Assembly (NCBI GenBank): GCA_965223905.1
Contig: CBDCXV010000010.1
Location: 1,376,001-1,440,000 of the forward strand
Direction: 5' to 3'
DNA length: 64,000 nt
Origin: Candidatus Latescibacterota bacterium
Lineage (GTDB): Bacteria > Latescibacterota > UBA2968 > UBA8231
Under the pieces are notes generated by a model, which made no database searches, was not told the origin of the DNA, and worked only from the letters and a program-made list of their open reading frames with translations. This document shows, piece after piece, positions 20,501 through 29,412 of the stretch (position 1 is the stretch's first letter; the number at the start of each line of letters is the position of its first letter). The translations under genes and the position numbers were made by a program.

Positions 20501-21182
20501 GGAGTTCGTCAACCGCGGCTTCGACTACCAGGCCGCGGAGCTGGCCGCGGCCCGGTCCAGTCTCAGGGAGAAGGCCGCCTCCGGGGACCGCCAGGCGGCC
20601 GAGGAGTTGGCCAGGGTCAGAGAGCGGCAGCGAAGCCTCAACGCACTGCGTGCCCACCGGCTCGCCGAGCTGCGGTCGGAGCCGGACCTCATCCGGGCGG
20701 GGGAGGCCGAGTTCCTGGTGCATGCCCTGGTGGTGCCGGCCCAGGACGCGGGGGAGGCGGAGCGCTACGACGCCGATGTCGAGGCCATCGCCATGGAGGT
20801 AGCCGCCGCCTATGAGGAGGAACGGGGCGCCCAGGTGCAGGATGTCTGCAAGCCGGCGATGGCGAGGAGGGCCGGACTGCCTGACTGGCCGGGCTTCGAC
20901 CTTCTGTCCCGCCGCGAGGGAATGGAACCGCGAGCCATAGAAGTCAAGGGACGGGCCGACACCGGCGGCGTGGAGTTGAGGGAGAACGAATGGGCCAAGG
21001 CCTGCAACCTGAGAGAGAGGTACTGGCTCTACGTCGTCTTCGACTGCGCCACGCCGCGACCCCGACTGGTGCGGGTGAGGGACCCCTTCGCCAAGCTGCT
21101 GATGAAGGAACGAGAGTCCCTTACCTTCACCATCACAGTGGGAGCCGTCATGCAGGCGGCGGAGGAGGGCCCAGGGTCATGA
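17583..21182 (+). CDS. XRE-HTH + SNF2 helicase + DUF3883 nuclease fusion (restriction-like system)
   Basis: LTQTQFAELVGVSFASVNRWENG; LADDAGAGKT, DEAH, TATP, WNPARLEQRMGRIHRYG; GFDLLS..IEVKG. Confidence 0.9.
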   Translation: MSPPLTDGPPGDYPRRIKNIRGLRGLTQTQFAELVGVSFASVNRWENGQSRPNSLAWRRVVELENLPAEGADQPSADEGPTGPPSMDFSADPEAVSAVAEAHRLASGHLFNPAFATETSLIDPLPHQRIAVYQRMLQQSPLRFLLADDAGAGKTIMTGLYVREMLSRRLLRRVLVVPPAGLVGNWEREMRTLFRLPFRIVGGTEARAGNPFLGPESDLVIVSVDTLAGERMFGHLKDPQTDPYDLVVFDEAHKLSADRQPDFRVRKTGRYRLAEALAGAESDDKDRWELPWSAQHLLLLTATPHMGKDHPYYYLWRLLLPDALSTCDAFEEFPPDSRLRHFVRRTKEEMVHFDHRPLYPQRNCDTLSYELSQGPGGEQELYDETTEYMRYHYNWAKALNRSAARLAMSVFQRRLASSTYALLRSFERRIEKLENLIDDIRSGRLSEEQLARRQQRLGRLDDLFETSTADEEAASEDGEQHEEFESQALEGTVAVTLAELEAERAKVAGLLEKAQKLFDAGEESKFEKLREVLGAQQYRDEKLIIFTEHRDTAAFLVRRLEGLGYTGRVALIHGGLAYPERERQVELFRRPADQGGATYLVATDAAGEGINLQFCWLMVNYDIPWNPARLEQRMGRIHRYGQKHDPVVIVNLVSAGTREGRVLKTLLDKLEAIRQQLSSDKVFDVVGRLFEGLSVRDYLEQAVTGEDGGQAAASQMEGHLTEEQVLALAARERSLYGDGGEVRNRLDDLNEEMEQENYRRLLPGYVRRFVERSAPLLDLRLEGDPGGAFNLMPDRPRAADPLLPALEAYPEEARKRLTVYKPESREEAIWLHPGEPVFDSLSAAVRERLGAEGLRGALFSDPYATEAYLFHIARVSVQQQPPLDARGQADGEPQLVESRLVGLRQTSDGSVKECPVEHLLLLRGAGGIAPGGVPLATLARGIAGEAAYFLEEEVSEQMVQAHRQRRLDDLPGRLEFVNRGFDYQAAELAAARSSLREKAASGDRQAAEELARVRERQRSLNALRAHRLAELRSEPDLIRAGEAEFLVHALVVPAQDAGEAERYDADVEAIAMEVAAAYEEERGAQVQDVCKPAMARRAGLPDWPGFDLLSRREGMEPRAIEVKGRADTGGVELRENEWAKACNLRERYWLYVVFDCATPRPRLVRVRDPFAKLLMKERESLTFTITVGAVMQAAEEGPGS

Positions 21183-22786
21183 CGACGACAGCCATGCGTT
21201 TCTTCAACACGGCGGGACCGATCGTGGCGGCGGATCACTACCACGTGCCGCCGCTGGAGCGGCTGGACCGCGACGAGGTGCTGATGCTGATCCGTCAGCA
21301 GAAGTACTTCGTGCTGCACGCGCCCCGGCAGACGGGCAAGACCTCGGCCCTGCTGGCGCTGAGAGATTTGCTCAACAGCGGCGGCGCCGGCGAGTACCGT
21401 TGCGTCTACGTCAACGTCGAGGCGGGCCAGGCGGCGCGCGAAGATGTCGCAACGGCGATGCGGACGATCCTCAGCGCGCTCGCCCGTGCGGCGCGTCAGA
21501 CCCTCGATGACCAGTTCGTCGCTGACGCCTGGACAGGCATCTTCGAGGGCTCGGGCCCGAACGATGCCCTTGGCGAAACCCTCGCCCGCTGGGCCGAGTC
21601 GGACCCGAGGCCGCTGGTGCTGCTGATCGACGAGATCGACGCGCTGATCGGCGACAGCCTGCTGGCGGTGCTGCGGCAGTTGCGCGCCGGGTACCCGGAT
21701 CGTCCGCGGCGGTTTCCGCAGAACGTGGTCCTGTGCGGGGTTCGGGACGTGCGCGACTACCGCATCCGGTCGTCGTCGGAGAAGGCCATCATCGCCGGGG
21801 GCAGCGCCTTCAATATCCGCGCCGAGTCGTTGCGCCTGGGAGATTTCTCTCGCGGCGACGTGGAGTCCTTGCTCGCCCAGCACACCACCGAGACCGGCAA
21901 GGCCTTCACCGGGGAGGCGCTGGCCACGATCTGGGAGCTGACCCAAGGGCAGCCGTGGCTGGTCAACGCCCTGGCCTACGAAGTCTGCTTCAAGAACAAG
22001 GCCGGGCGCGACCGAAGCCGGGAGGTGACCGCCGAGGCCATCCAGGATGCGCGCGAGCAACTGATCCTGCGGCGGGAGACGCATCTGGACCAGCTCACCG
22101 ACAAGCTCCAGGAGGAGCGGGTGCAGCGGGTGATCGAGCCGCTGCTGAGAGGCGCCGATGACGCCGGCTCCTTTGCCGCCGACGATCTTCAGTACGTGCG
22201 CGACCTCGGCCTGGTGGCCCGGGACAACCCAATCCGCATCGCCAACCCGATCTACCGCGAGGTGGTCCCCCGCGATCTGACCTTCACGACCCAGGCGGGC
22301 TTTCCCCACGACCCGGTCTGGTACGTGGGGGAGGGCGGGGCCTTGGAGGTGGGGCTGCTGCTGGCCGCCTTCCAGGAGTTCTTCCGCGAGCACTCCGAGC
22401 ACTGGGTAGAGCGTTTCCAGTACAAGGAGGCGGGCCCTCAGTTGCTGCTGCAGGCGTTTCTGCAGCGCATCCTCAACAGCGGCGGCCGCATCGAGCGGGA
22501 GTACGGCCTGGGGCGCCTGCGCACGGATCTGCTGCTGGTGTGGCCGCTGCCGGGGTGATGCGGGCGGGATGCAGAAGGTGGTCATCGAGTGCAAGCTGCT
22601 GCACCGGGGCCTGGAGCGGACCCTTGGCGAAGGGCTGGAGCAGACGCGGGCCTACATGGATCTCTGCGGGTCGTCCGAAGGGCACTTGGTGATCTTCGAC
22701 CGCACCGGGGCAAGTCTTGGGAGGAGAAGGTCTATCGGCGCGATGAGACCGAAGGTGGGTCCCCGGTCACCGTGTGGGGGATGTGA
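21179..22786 (+). CDS. AAA ATPase with C-terminal PD-(D/E)XK domain; two frameshifts in the tail
   Basis: RFFNTAGP, APRQTGKT, LIDEID; RTDL then VIECK then KSWEEK in successive frames (shifts near 22555 and 22710). Confidence 0.75.
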
Positions 22787-22920
22787 GGGAGAGAACAAAG
22801 AGGGGGGTCAGGCCCTCGGGGAAGGAACGAGACTGACTTCCAGTGTCTGCACGCATCCGTCGCCGGCCGCTCGGCTCAAGAGTCTGCGGCGGAGATCGGG
22901 ATCTGAAAAAGGGGAACGGC

Positions 22921-23193
22921 ATGGAACGAAAGCCGCGCCACAGCAAAGAGGAGTTCGCCCGGCGTGGTCAGGCGATCTACGAGCAACGAGTGAGGCCGCA
23001 GGTGGAAGAAGGCAACAGCGGACGGGTCGTGGCGATTGACATTGAGACCGGCGAGTTCGAGGTGGGGGACGATCCCCTTGCCGCCTCCGACAAACTGTTC
23101 TCACGCTGTCCAGATGCACAGCCGTGGTTGATCCGCATCGGCCACCGTGCGCTACACCGGCTCGGCGCATCACATGCCAGTGGCCTGACATGA
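22921..23193 (+). CDS. Small DUF5678-like protein, partner of the aspartic protease
   Basis: FARRGQAIYE..GRVVAIDIETGEFEV..WLIRIG; ATGA overlap with next gene. Confidence 0.65.
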   Translation: MERKPRHSKEEFARRGQAIYEQRVRPQVEEGNSGRVVAIDIETGEFEVGDDPLAASDKLFSRCPDAQPWLIRIGHRALHRLGASHASGLT

Positions 23194-23561
23194 TTGAGGG
23201 TGCAGTAAACGAGAATCTGGAGGCAACCATCCGCCTTACCCTTCTTGGCGCCGATAGGGAGGGACGGGAAGTCGAGGCCATCATCGATACCGGCTTCACT
23301 GGCTATCTCACCCTTCCAACAGCCTTGATCCGCAGGCTGGATCTGTCCTGGAAAGGTCGTGGTCAGGCACTAATCGCCGACGGCAGTCTACATGTATTCG
23401 ACGAGTACATTGGGACAGTGTTGTGGAACGGGCAGGACCGGCCGGTGGAAGTGGCTGCGGCCGATACTACTCCCCTCGTAGGAATGGGATTGCTCAAGAG
23501 GCACAGCCTGAGAGTGGAAGTGGTGGCGCGTGGCGAGGTGAGGATTGAGGCCTTGGCTTGA
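23190..23561 (+). CDS. Clan AA (retropepsin-like) aspartic protease
   Basis: AIIDTGFTG catalytic motif, ADG, PLVGM. Confidence 0.85.
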   Translation: MIEGAVNENLEATIRLTLLGADREGREVEAIIDTGFTGYLTLPTALIRRLDLSWKGRGQALIADGSLHVFDEYIGTVLWNGQDRPVEVAAADTTPLVGMGLLKRHSLRVEVVARGEVRIEALA

Positions 23562-23637
23562 ATCTGGGCGAAGCAACGGGGAAAGGGCTAAAGCCGCCTA
23601 TGCCTTGGGGAGAAATCGGAGATCGGAGGCTATGTAA

Positions 23638-23845
23638 ATGAGAACCCAGATTCGAGACCTTGTCGCAGACGCCCTATATCAAACTAGCGCCTATCAATTG
23701 CCATCGGTATGTGAACGCTTTGGACTAGAGCCCGGAGAATCCAGTCTCCAGCGCCTTTTTCCAGGCCTTGTCGACACGTCGCATATAGTTTCACCAAATC
23801 ATCGTTCTTTCCGTAAGCTTCCCCGGCACTTTCGATAATGTGCGC
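23638..23845. pseudogene. Scrambled remnant of an abortive-infection (AbiJ-N/Abi_C-like) gene
   Basis: Plus strand IRDLVADALYQTSAYQLPSVCERFGLEPGE; minus strand HIIESAGEAYGKNDDLVKLY. Confidence 0.3.
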
Positions 23846-23938
23846 CGTCAACCTCGCCGGCTCAATGGCCATGTTCCTGGTATCTACTTGGAATGCTCGC
23901 AATACGCAGCCCTCTTCGAAATCGATGGAGAGCTCACC

Positions 23939-25249
23939 ATGCTGAAACGAATCCATATCAAGAGGTACAAGTCTCTGCAGGATGTCGAGGTAGAACTGTG
24001 CCCACTCGTGGTCCTGTTCGGGCCAAATGCCGCAGGCAAGAGCAATCTGCTGGATGCTCTGCAACTGCTCTCCAAGCTGGGGACGAGCCGGACCCTGAAG
24101 GAAGCTTTTGATCCACCCTATCGCGGCAAGCCCCTCGAATCCTTTACCATCGGGAGCAAGGGAATCAAGGGCCTGCTCGAACAGGACCGGCTTTCTTTTT
24201 CGATCGAGGCCGACTTGAGCCTATCGGATGCGGTCGCCGAGGCTGTCAACCGACAGATACGAGAGATGCGCCGCCCACATGGGGAGGTCGGGTCAGAAGG
24301 GGAAGCCAAGGCTCCGGCTCGAGTCCGCGAACGCGACCTCCGCTACCGGATCGAAGTGGAAATGCTGCCCAGATCCGGCATTCTGCGGGTGGCGGATGAA
24401 TACCTGGCCGCCTTGAACCGCAACGGCGAACCCACGGGAAAGCGCAAGCCATTTCTTGAGCGGCAGGGGACGAGGATTCATCTCCGGCACGAGGGCCAGG
24501 CGCATCCGACCTATTTCGATCGGTACCTCGACCACAGCATCCTCTCCATGCCGCACTATCCGCCGCACCATCCGCATCTGGTGGCGGCTCGTCACGAGCT
24601 GGAGAGCTGGCTGTTCTTCTACTTCGAGCCGCGCGAACGGATGCGCGCCGCCAATCCGGTCAAGGAAGTTCGCCATATCGGCTTGATGAGCGAAGAACTG
24701 GCCGCGTTCCTCAATACCATGAAGGCCACCGATGCCCGGAGGTTCAGGGGAGTCGAGAAGGCTCTGCATACCCTGATGCCCAACATTGATGGAATCGAGG
24801 TTGAGGTCAGCGATGTCGGCGAGGTCGAGCTACGCCTCAAGGAGGGTGGTGTAGCCATACCGGCCCGCGTCCTCTCAGAAGGCACTCTCAGGATGCTTGG
24901 TCTCCTGGCGCTGTCAGGGGTGGACCAGGGTCCGGCCCTTGTCGGGTTCGAGGAACCGGAGAACGGAGTCCACCCCCGACGGATTGAGTTGATCGCGGAG
25001 TTATTGAGGACCCAGGAGAGCCTGAACCAGATCCAGCATATCATCACCACACACTCCCCGATCCTGCCTGATCTGCTGGAGGACGAGTCGCTGTTCGCCG
25101 TTCGCCGGCTGAATGGCCAGACTCACATAGATCCGTTTTCGACCTGGGGTCCGCTGAAGCGGAGAGAGGACATCCGACAGGCATTCTCCGACGAGGAGGA
25201 GCGTCTGCCGGTTTCGGCGCGCATAATGAGAGGCGACTTCGATGCGTGA
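23939..25249 (+). CDS. ABC-type (AAA_21) ATPase 1
   Basis: GPNAAGKS; LSEGTLR; FEEPENGVHP; TTHSP. Confidence 0.9.
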   Translation: MLKRIHIKRYKSLQDVEVELCPLVVLFGPNAAGKSNLLDALQLLSKLGTSRTLKEAFDPPYRGKPLESFTIGSKGIKGLLEQDRLSFSIEADLSLSDAVAEAVNRQIREMRRPHGEVGSEGEAKAPARVRERDLRYRIEVEMLPRSGILRVADEYLAALNRNGEPTGKRKPFLERQGTRIHLRHEGQAHPTYFDRYLDHSILSMPHYPPHHPHLVAARHELESWLFFYFEPRERMRAANPVKEVRHIGLMSEELAAFLNTMKATDARRFRGVEKALHTLMPNIDGIEVEVSDVGEVELRLKEGGVAIPARVLSEGTLRMLGLLALSGVDQGPALVGFEEPENGVHPRRIELIAELLRTQESLNQIQHIITTHSPILPDLLEDESLFAVRRLNGQTHIDPFSTWGPLKRREDIRQAFSDEEERLPVSARIMRGDFDA

Positions 25250-25355
25250 AGTCGCCCTCTTCGTCGAGGACTACGCGCTGCATCGGAAAGTCATCAGTGA
25301 GGCAGGTCGTTCCTGCATGGCTCGGAATTCTAACCAATTTCTGATCGGAACCTGA
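25242..25355 (+). pseudogene. Truncated TOPRIM/DUF4276-like partner of ATPase 1
   Basis: MREVALFVEDYA start overlapping the ATPase stop; ends after 37 codons. Confidence 0.5.
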
Positions 25356-25358
25356 GAT

Positions 25359-25979
25359 ATGAAGATTGCTCCCAATCTGGAATCGTGGACCCTATTCCTG
25401 GTCTTGGTAGTTCCCGGGCTCATCTCCATGCACGTATACCGGCTTCTCTTTGCTGCAAGAGAGATTGATTGGAAGGGCGGGCTTGTGCAGGCGCTCTTTT
25501 ACAGCAGCCTCAACCTTGCTGTCTGTTTGCCCCTGCTCGTGCCGATTCACCGAGATGGGTTTTTGGAGAAGTATCCATATTGGTATACGGCGGGTTTGAT
25601 GGCGGTCTTGCTTGTGCTACCGAGCCTCTGGCCGTTCTTGTTCAGGTATCTATTAGGCTGGAAGTGGTTGGCCTCAAAGATCCAGTTACCGTACCCGACT
25701 GCGTGGGACTACTTCTTTGACCGAAGGATACCTGTTTTTGTCCTGGTGCAACTTAGAAACGGCTCTAGGCTTGGTGGATTCTACGGTTCGCAGTCCTATG
25801 CGACATCCTTTCCAAGAGAGGGTGATATTTTTCTCGAAACTGTTTACCATGTGGACGAAAACGGGAAATTTGGGGAGCCCATTGAGGGCTCAGGTGGAGC
25901 AATAGTACGAAGAGATCAGTACGATCTGATTGAGTTCTTCAACCCGGAGGAGGAGCACGATGGCAAAGAAGGACCGTAG
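25359..25979 (+). CDS. DUF6338-like membrane protein
   Basis: Three TM segments, VPG, PTAWDYFF, GGFYG..SYATSFP..DIFLE. Confidence 0.75.
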   Translation: MKIAPNLESWTLFLVLVVPGLISMHVYRLLFAAREIDWKGGLVQALFYSSLNLAVCLPLLVPIHRDGFLEKYPYWYTAGLMAVLLVLPSLWPFLFRYLLGWKWLASKIQLPYPTAWDYFFDRRIPVFVLVQLRNGSRLGGFYGSQSYATSFPREGDIFLETVYHVDENGKFGEPIEGSGGAIVRRDQYDLIEFFNPEEEHDGKEGP

Positions 25980-26139
25980 TTCCGCGGACGCTGCACAGCG
26001 AGGTTATCGGCCGCTTGAAGAAGGGTACCAGCCCGGAAAGCGTGTCCCATCGCCTCAGAGCGGACAATCCCCTCAACAACAGCCTAGACCACCTAAAGGA
26101 GGCACTGGTCAATCGCCGCCGGCGAAGAAATCCAATTGA
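25960..26139 (+). CDS. 59-aa Pro/Gln/Lys-rich micro-protein
   Basis: RBS GGAGGAG, ATG 25960; RGYRP..EGYQP..PPKGGTG. Confidence 0.55.
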   Translation: MAKKDRSSADAAQRGYRPLEEGYQPGKRVPSPQSGQSPQQQPRPPKGGTGQSPPAKKSN

Positions 26140-26179
26140 GAAGCCTGAGGTCCATTTCAAGCGCATTTCGCTGACAACT

Positions 26180-29100
26180 ATGCTGGCCGAAGACAAACGC
26201 CTCATCGAAGTCGCCTTCCCCCTGAAGCAGGTCTCCCTCGACTCCGTGCACGAGAAAAACGTGCGCCACGGCCACATTTCCACCCTGCACATCTGGCCGG
26301 CGCGCAGGCCGCTGGCTGCCTGCCGGGCGGCGCTGATCGCGACCCTTCTACCCGACCCAGGAAAGCCCGAGGAGCGCAAGGCGGTCCTTGAACGGATGGC
26401 AGGGCGGGTCATCGAGAGGACCGAGCGCAAGCGCGTGAACGGCCGCGTGGTCGAGCGTGTGAAGGAGGAAACGGACGGCGGCATCCTCCACTGGGGCCGG
26501 GAGAAAGGCCCGGACTTGGAGTGGTTCCGCACCGAGATCCGCAAGGCCTACGGCGGCAGGGCGCCAAAGGTCCTCGACCCCTTCGCGGGCGGCGGTGCGA
26601 TTCCGCTCGAAGCTATGCGTCTCGGGTGCGAGGTGACGGCCATGGACATCAACCCGGTGGCCTGGTTCATCCTCAAGTGCACCCTCGAGTACCCCCAGAG
26701 GCTGGCCGGCCAGACCCGGCCGTTGCCCGGGTTCGCGCTGAAGGACCGGGAGTTCATGGAGGCCTTCCTGAAGGCCAAGGGCATCAGGGGCGCCCGGCTG
26801 CGGAGGCTGCTTGATCGCCTCGGACACGGCGACCGCCTCGACGTCCAGCTTGACGCTCTGCCCGGGGGCGACCCAATCATCGAAGCGGACCTCGCCTGGC
26901 ACGTGCGCGCCTGGGGCCGGTGGGTGCTGGCCATGGCGCGCAGAGAACTGGCTTCGTGCTACCCCACCTATGCCGAGTTTGAGCCCCTGAAGCCGGGGCG
27001 GGACTTCGAGCCCCGGCCGATGCGGCTGCTGGAGGTTGACCAAGAGGGCGTGCCCCAGGTGGACCCACTCAACGTGGAGTTCGACGAGGGCTACCTCAAG
27101 GACCCGCGCAATCCGCGCTGGGTCGCCAAACCGACGGTGGCCTATCTCTGGGCGCGCACCGTGGCCTGCAAGCAGTGTCGGGCGGAGTTGCCCCTGCTCA
27201 AGACCCGCTGGCTGTGCAGAAAGGACCGGAAGCGGGTGCTGCTTACCATGGAGCCGAACGCCGACCGGAGCGGCGTGGTCTTCGGCGTGCAGAGCGACGT
27301 GCCGCAGAACGGAGGCAACGGGGCGCAGCGGCGGGAGCACGACCGGCGCCTCGGCGAGGGCACCATGTCGCGGACTGGCGCCTCCTGCCCCTGCTGCGGT
27401 GCCATTGCGACCATGGAGGACATCCGCTTGGAAGGTCGAGCCGGAAGGTTGGGTGCGGTGATGACCTCTGTGGTCGTGGATGGGCAGAGAGGGAAAGAAT
27501 ACCGCCTGCCCACGGAGCACGAGCGGGCCGTGACGGAGGTGACCGAGGACCGGCTGCAGGCGCTCTACGCGGAGATTCCGTTCGGGTTGCCGGAGGAGCA
27601 GACGCCGAAGGCGGGGATCGGTGCATCGCGCGCTTTCTCGGTGGACGGCTATGGCTTCGACACCTGGCGGAAGCTGTTTACGAATCGGCAGCTGTTGGCG
27701 CTTGGGACGTTCGTTCGGAACCTTCGAAGCCTGATGCACGAACTCGACGACTGGCCGGAGGATTGGCGCGAGGCGTTGATTGCGAATCTCGCCCTCGTCA
27801 ACGACCGGCTCGCTGACTATTCCAGCGCGATCTGTTCTTGGAACAACGGTAGAGAAGTAATCAGAAATACGTTTGGGCGATTTGCTCTGCCCATAGTCTG
27901 GGATTTTTCCGAACCAAATCCACTATCAGATAGCTCTGGAAACTATTGCGGCGCAGTTGATTGGGTCTTCAAGGTCTGCCAGCATCTCCAGGGAAATGTC
28001 GATGCTGCCCGAGGCGGCAAGAGCGTCTGTGGGTCAGCCATTGTCGGTCCCACTGATAGTGTCGATCTGATTCTGACCGACCCTCCTTACTACGACGCCA
28101 TCCCCTACTCCGACCTGATGGACTTCTTTCATGTATGGCTGAGGCGCTCGGTTCCGGGATTGTCCGCCGAGGTCGAGTCTGTCTTCTCCGAAACCCTCGG
28201 TCCCAAATGGGATCATGAAAGCGGCGACGGCGAACTCATAGACGACGCCGGCAGGTTCGGCGGCGACAGGGAGCGTTCCAAACAGAACTATGAAGACGGC
28301 ATGGCCCGCTGCTTCCGCTCTTGTCATGCGGCGTTGCGCCCGGACGGACGGCTCGTGATCGTGTTTGCCAACAAGCAACCCGAGGCTTGGGAGACCCTGG
28401 TCGCCGCCCTGATTCGGGCCGGCTTCGTCGTCGATGGCTCTTGGCCAATCCAGACAGAGAGAAGTTCCAGGACTCGCGCCATGGCCTCTGCTGCCCTGTC
28501 ATCCTCGGTCTGGATCGTCTGCAAGAAACGGTCCGCCACACGCCCCGGCTGGGACAACAAGGTTCTAGAGGAAATGCGCCAGAACATCACCCAACAACTG
28601 CGAGACTTCTGGGACGCCGGGATCCGAGGCCCCGACTTCGTGTGGGCCGCCACCGGCCCGGCCCTCGAAGCCTTCAGCAAGTATCCCGTGGTCAAGAAGG
28701 CGAACTCCCCGGGCGAGCAGATGGCCGTGTCCGAGTTCCTGCGCCAAGTGCGGCGCATGGTCGTCGACTTCGTGGTCGGCCGCGTGCTGATCCAGGATGA
28801 CGCCGCACCGCAGGCCGATGGGCAGGAGTCCGAGACCGGCCTTGACGACGTCACCACCTACTACCTGCTCCACCGCAACGACTTCGGCATGGGGGAAGCT
28901 CCGGTGGGAGGCTGCATCCTCTACGCTCTGTCCTGCAACCTCTCCGACTCCGCCCTGGTCAACCAGCACGACCTTCTGACCCAGCCGGGCAAGAGGGGAG
29001 CCGTGGACGAAGTCGAGGAGGAGGAGGACGCGCCCGAAGAGGCAGAGGAGACGGGCGGCGGCGCCAAGGTGAAGTTGAAGCCCTGGCATCGGAGAAAGGG

Positions 29101-29398
29101 CCGCAACCTCGGCCTGGAGGGCCAGGGGGGACGGCCAGCGCCCCTCATCGACCAGGTGCACAAGCTCATGCACCTCTGGCGCGCCGGGGACCAGGTGAAG
29201 GTGAATGACTACCTCGATACCCGCGGCCTGCCCCGCAATGCCCTGTTCAACCGGATCCTGCAGGCGCTCATCGAGCTGGCTGACGAAGGCTCGGAAGAGC
29301 GCTCAATTCTCGAGTCGGTGAGCAACCACGCGGCCGGCCGCGGCGGCGTCCAGGCACGGCGACAGAGGCAGCTTCAGTTCGGAGGAGCCGAGCGATAA
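26180..29398 (+). CDS. DUF1156 amino-DNA methyltransferase (restriction-like system)
   Basis: RLIEVAFP..LHIWPARRPL; DPFAGGG (motif I); CKQC/CPCC Zn ribbon; TDPPYY (motif IV). Confidence 0.9.
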   Translation: MLAEDKRLIEVAFPLKQVSLDSVHEKNVRHGHISTLHIWPARRPLAACRAALIATLLPDPGKPEERKAVLERMAGRVIERTERKRVNGRVVERVKEETDGGILHWGREKGPDLEWFRTEIRKAYGGRAPKVLDPFAGGGAIPLEAMRLGCEVTAMDINPVAWFILKCTLEYPQRLAGQTRPLPGFALKDREFMEAFLKAKGIRGARLRRLLDRLGHGDRLDVQLDALPGGDPIIEADLAWHVRAWGRWVLAMARRELASCYPTYAEFEPLKPGRDFEPRPMRLLEVDQEGVPQVDPLNVEFDEGYLKDPRNPRWVAKPTVAYLWARTVACKQCRAELPLLKTRWLCRKDRKRVLLTMEPNADRSGVVFGVQSDVPQNGGNGAQRREHDRRLGEGTMSRTGASCPCCGAIATMEDIRLEGRAGRLGAVMTSVVVDGQRGKEYRLPTEHERAVTEVTEDRLQALYAEIPFGLPEEQTPKAGIGASRAFSVDGYGFDTWRKLFTNRQLLALGTFVRNLRSLMHELDDWPEDWREALIANLALVNDRLADYSSAICSWNNGREVIRNTFGRFALPIVWDFSEPNPLSDSSGNYCGAVDWVFKVCQHLQGNVDAARGGKSVCGSAIVGPTDSVDLILTDPPYYDAIPYSDLMDFFHVWLRRSVPGLSAEVESVFSETLGPKWDHESGDGELIDDAGRFGGDRERSKQNYEDGMARCFRSCHAALRPDGRLVIVFANKQPEAWETLVAALIRAGFVVDGSWPIQTERSSRTRAMASAALSSSVWIVCKKRSATRPGWDNKVLEEMRQNITQQLRDFWDAGIRGPDFVWAATGPALEAFSKYPVVKKANSPGEQMAVSEFLRQVRRMVVDFVVGRVLIQDDAAPQADGQESETGLDDVTTYYLLHRNDFGMGEAPVGGCILYALSCNLSDSALVNQHDLLTQPGKRGAVDEVEEEEDAPEEAEETGGGAKVKLKPWHRRKGRNLGLEGQGGRPAPLIDQVHKLMHLWRAGDQVKVNDYLDTRGLPRNALFNRILQALIELADEGSEERSILESVSNHAAGRGGVQARRQRQLQFGGAER

Positions 29399-29412
29399 CC
29401 GGAGGAAGTTCG

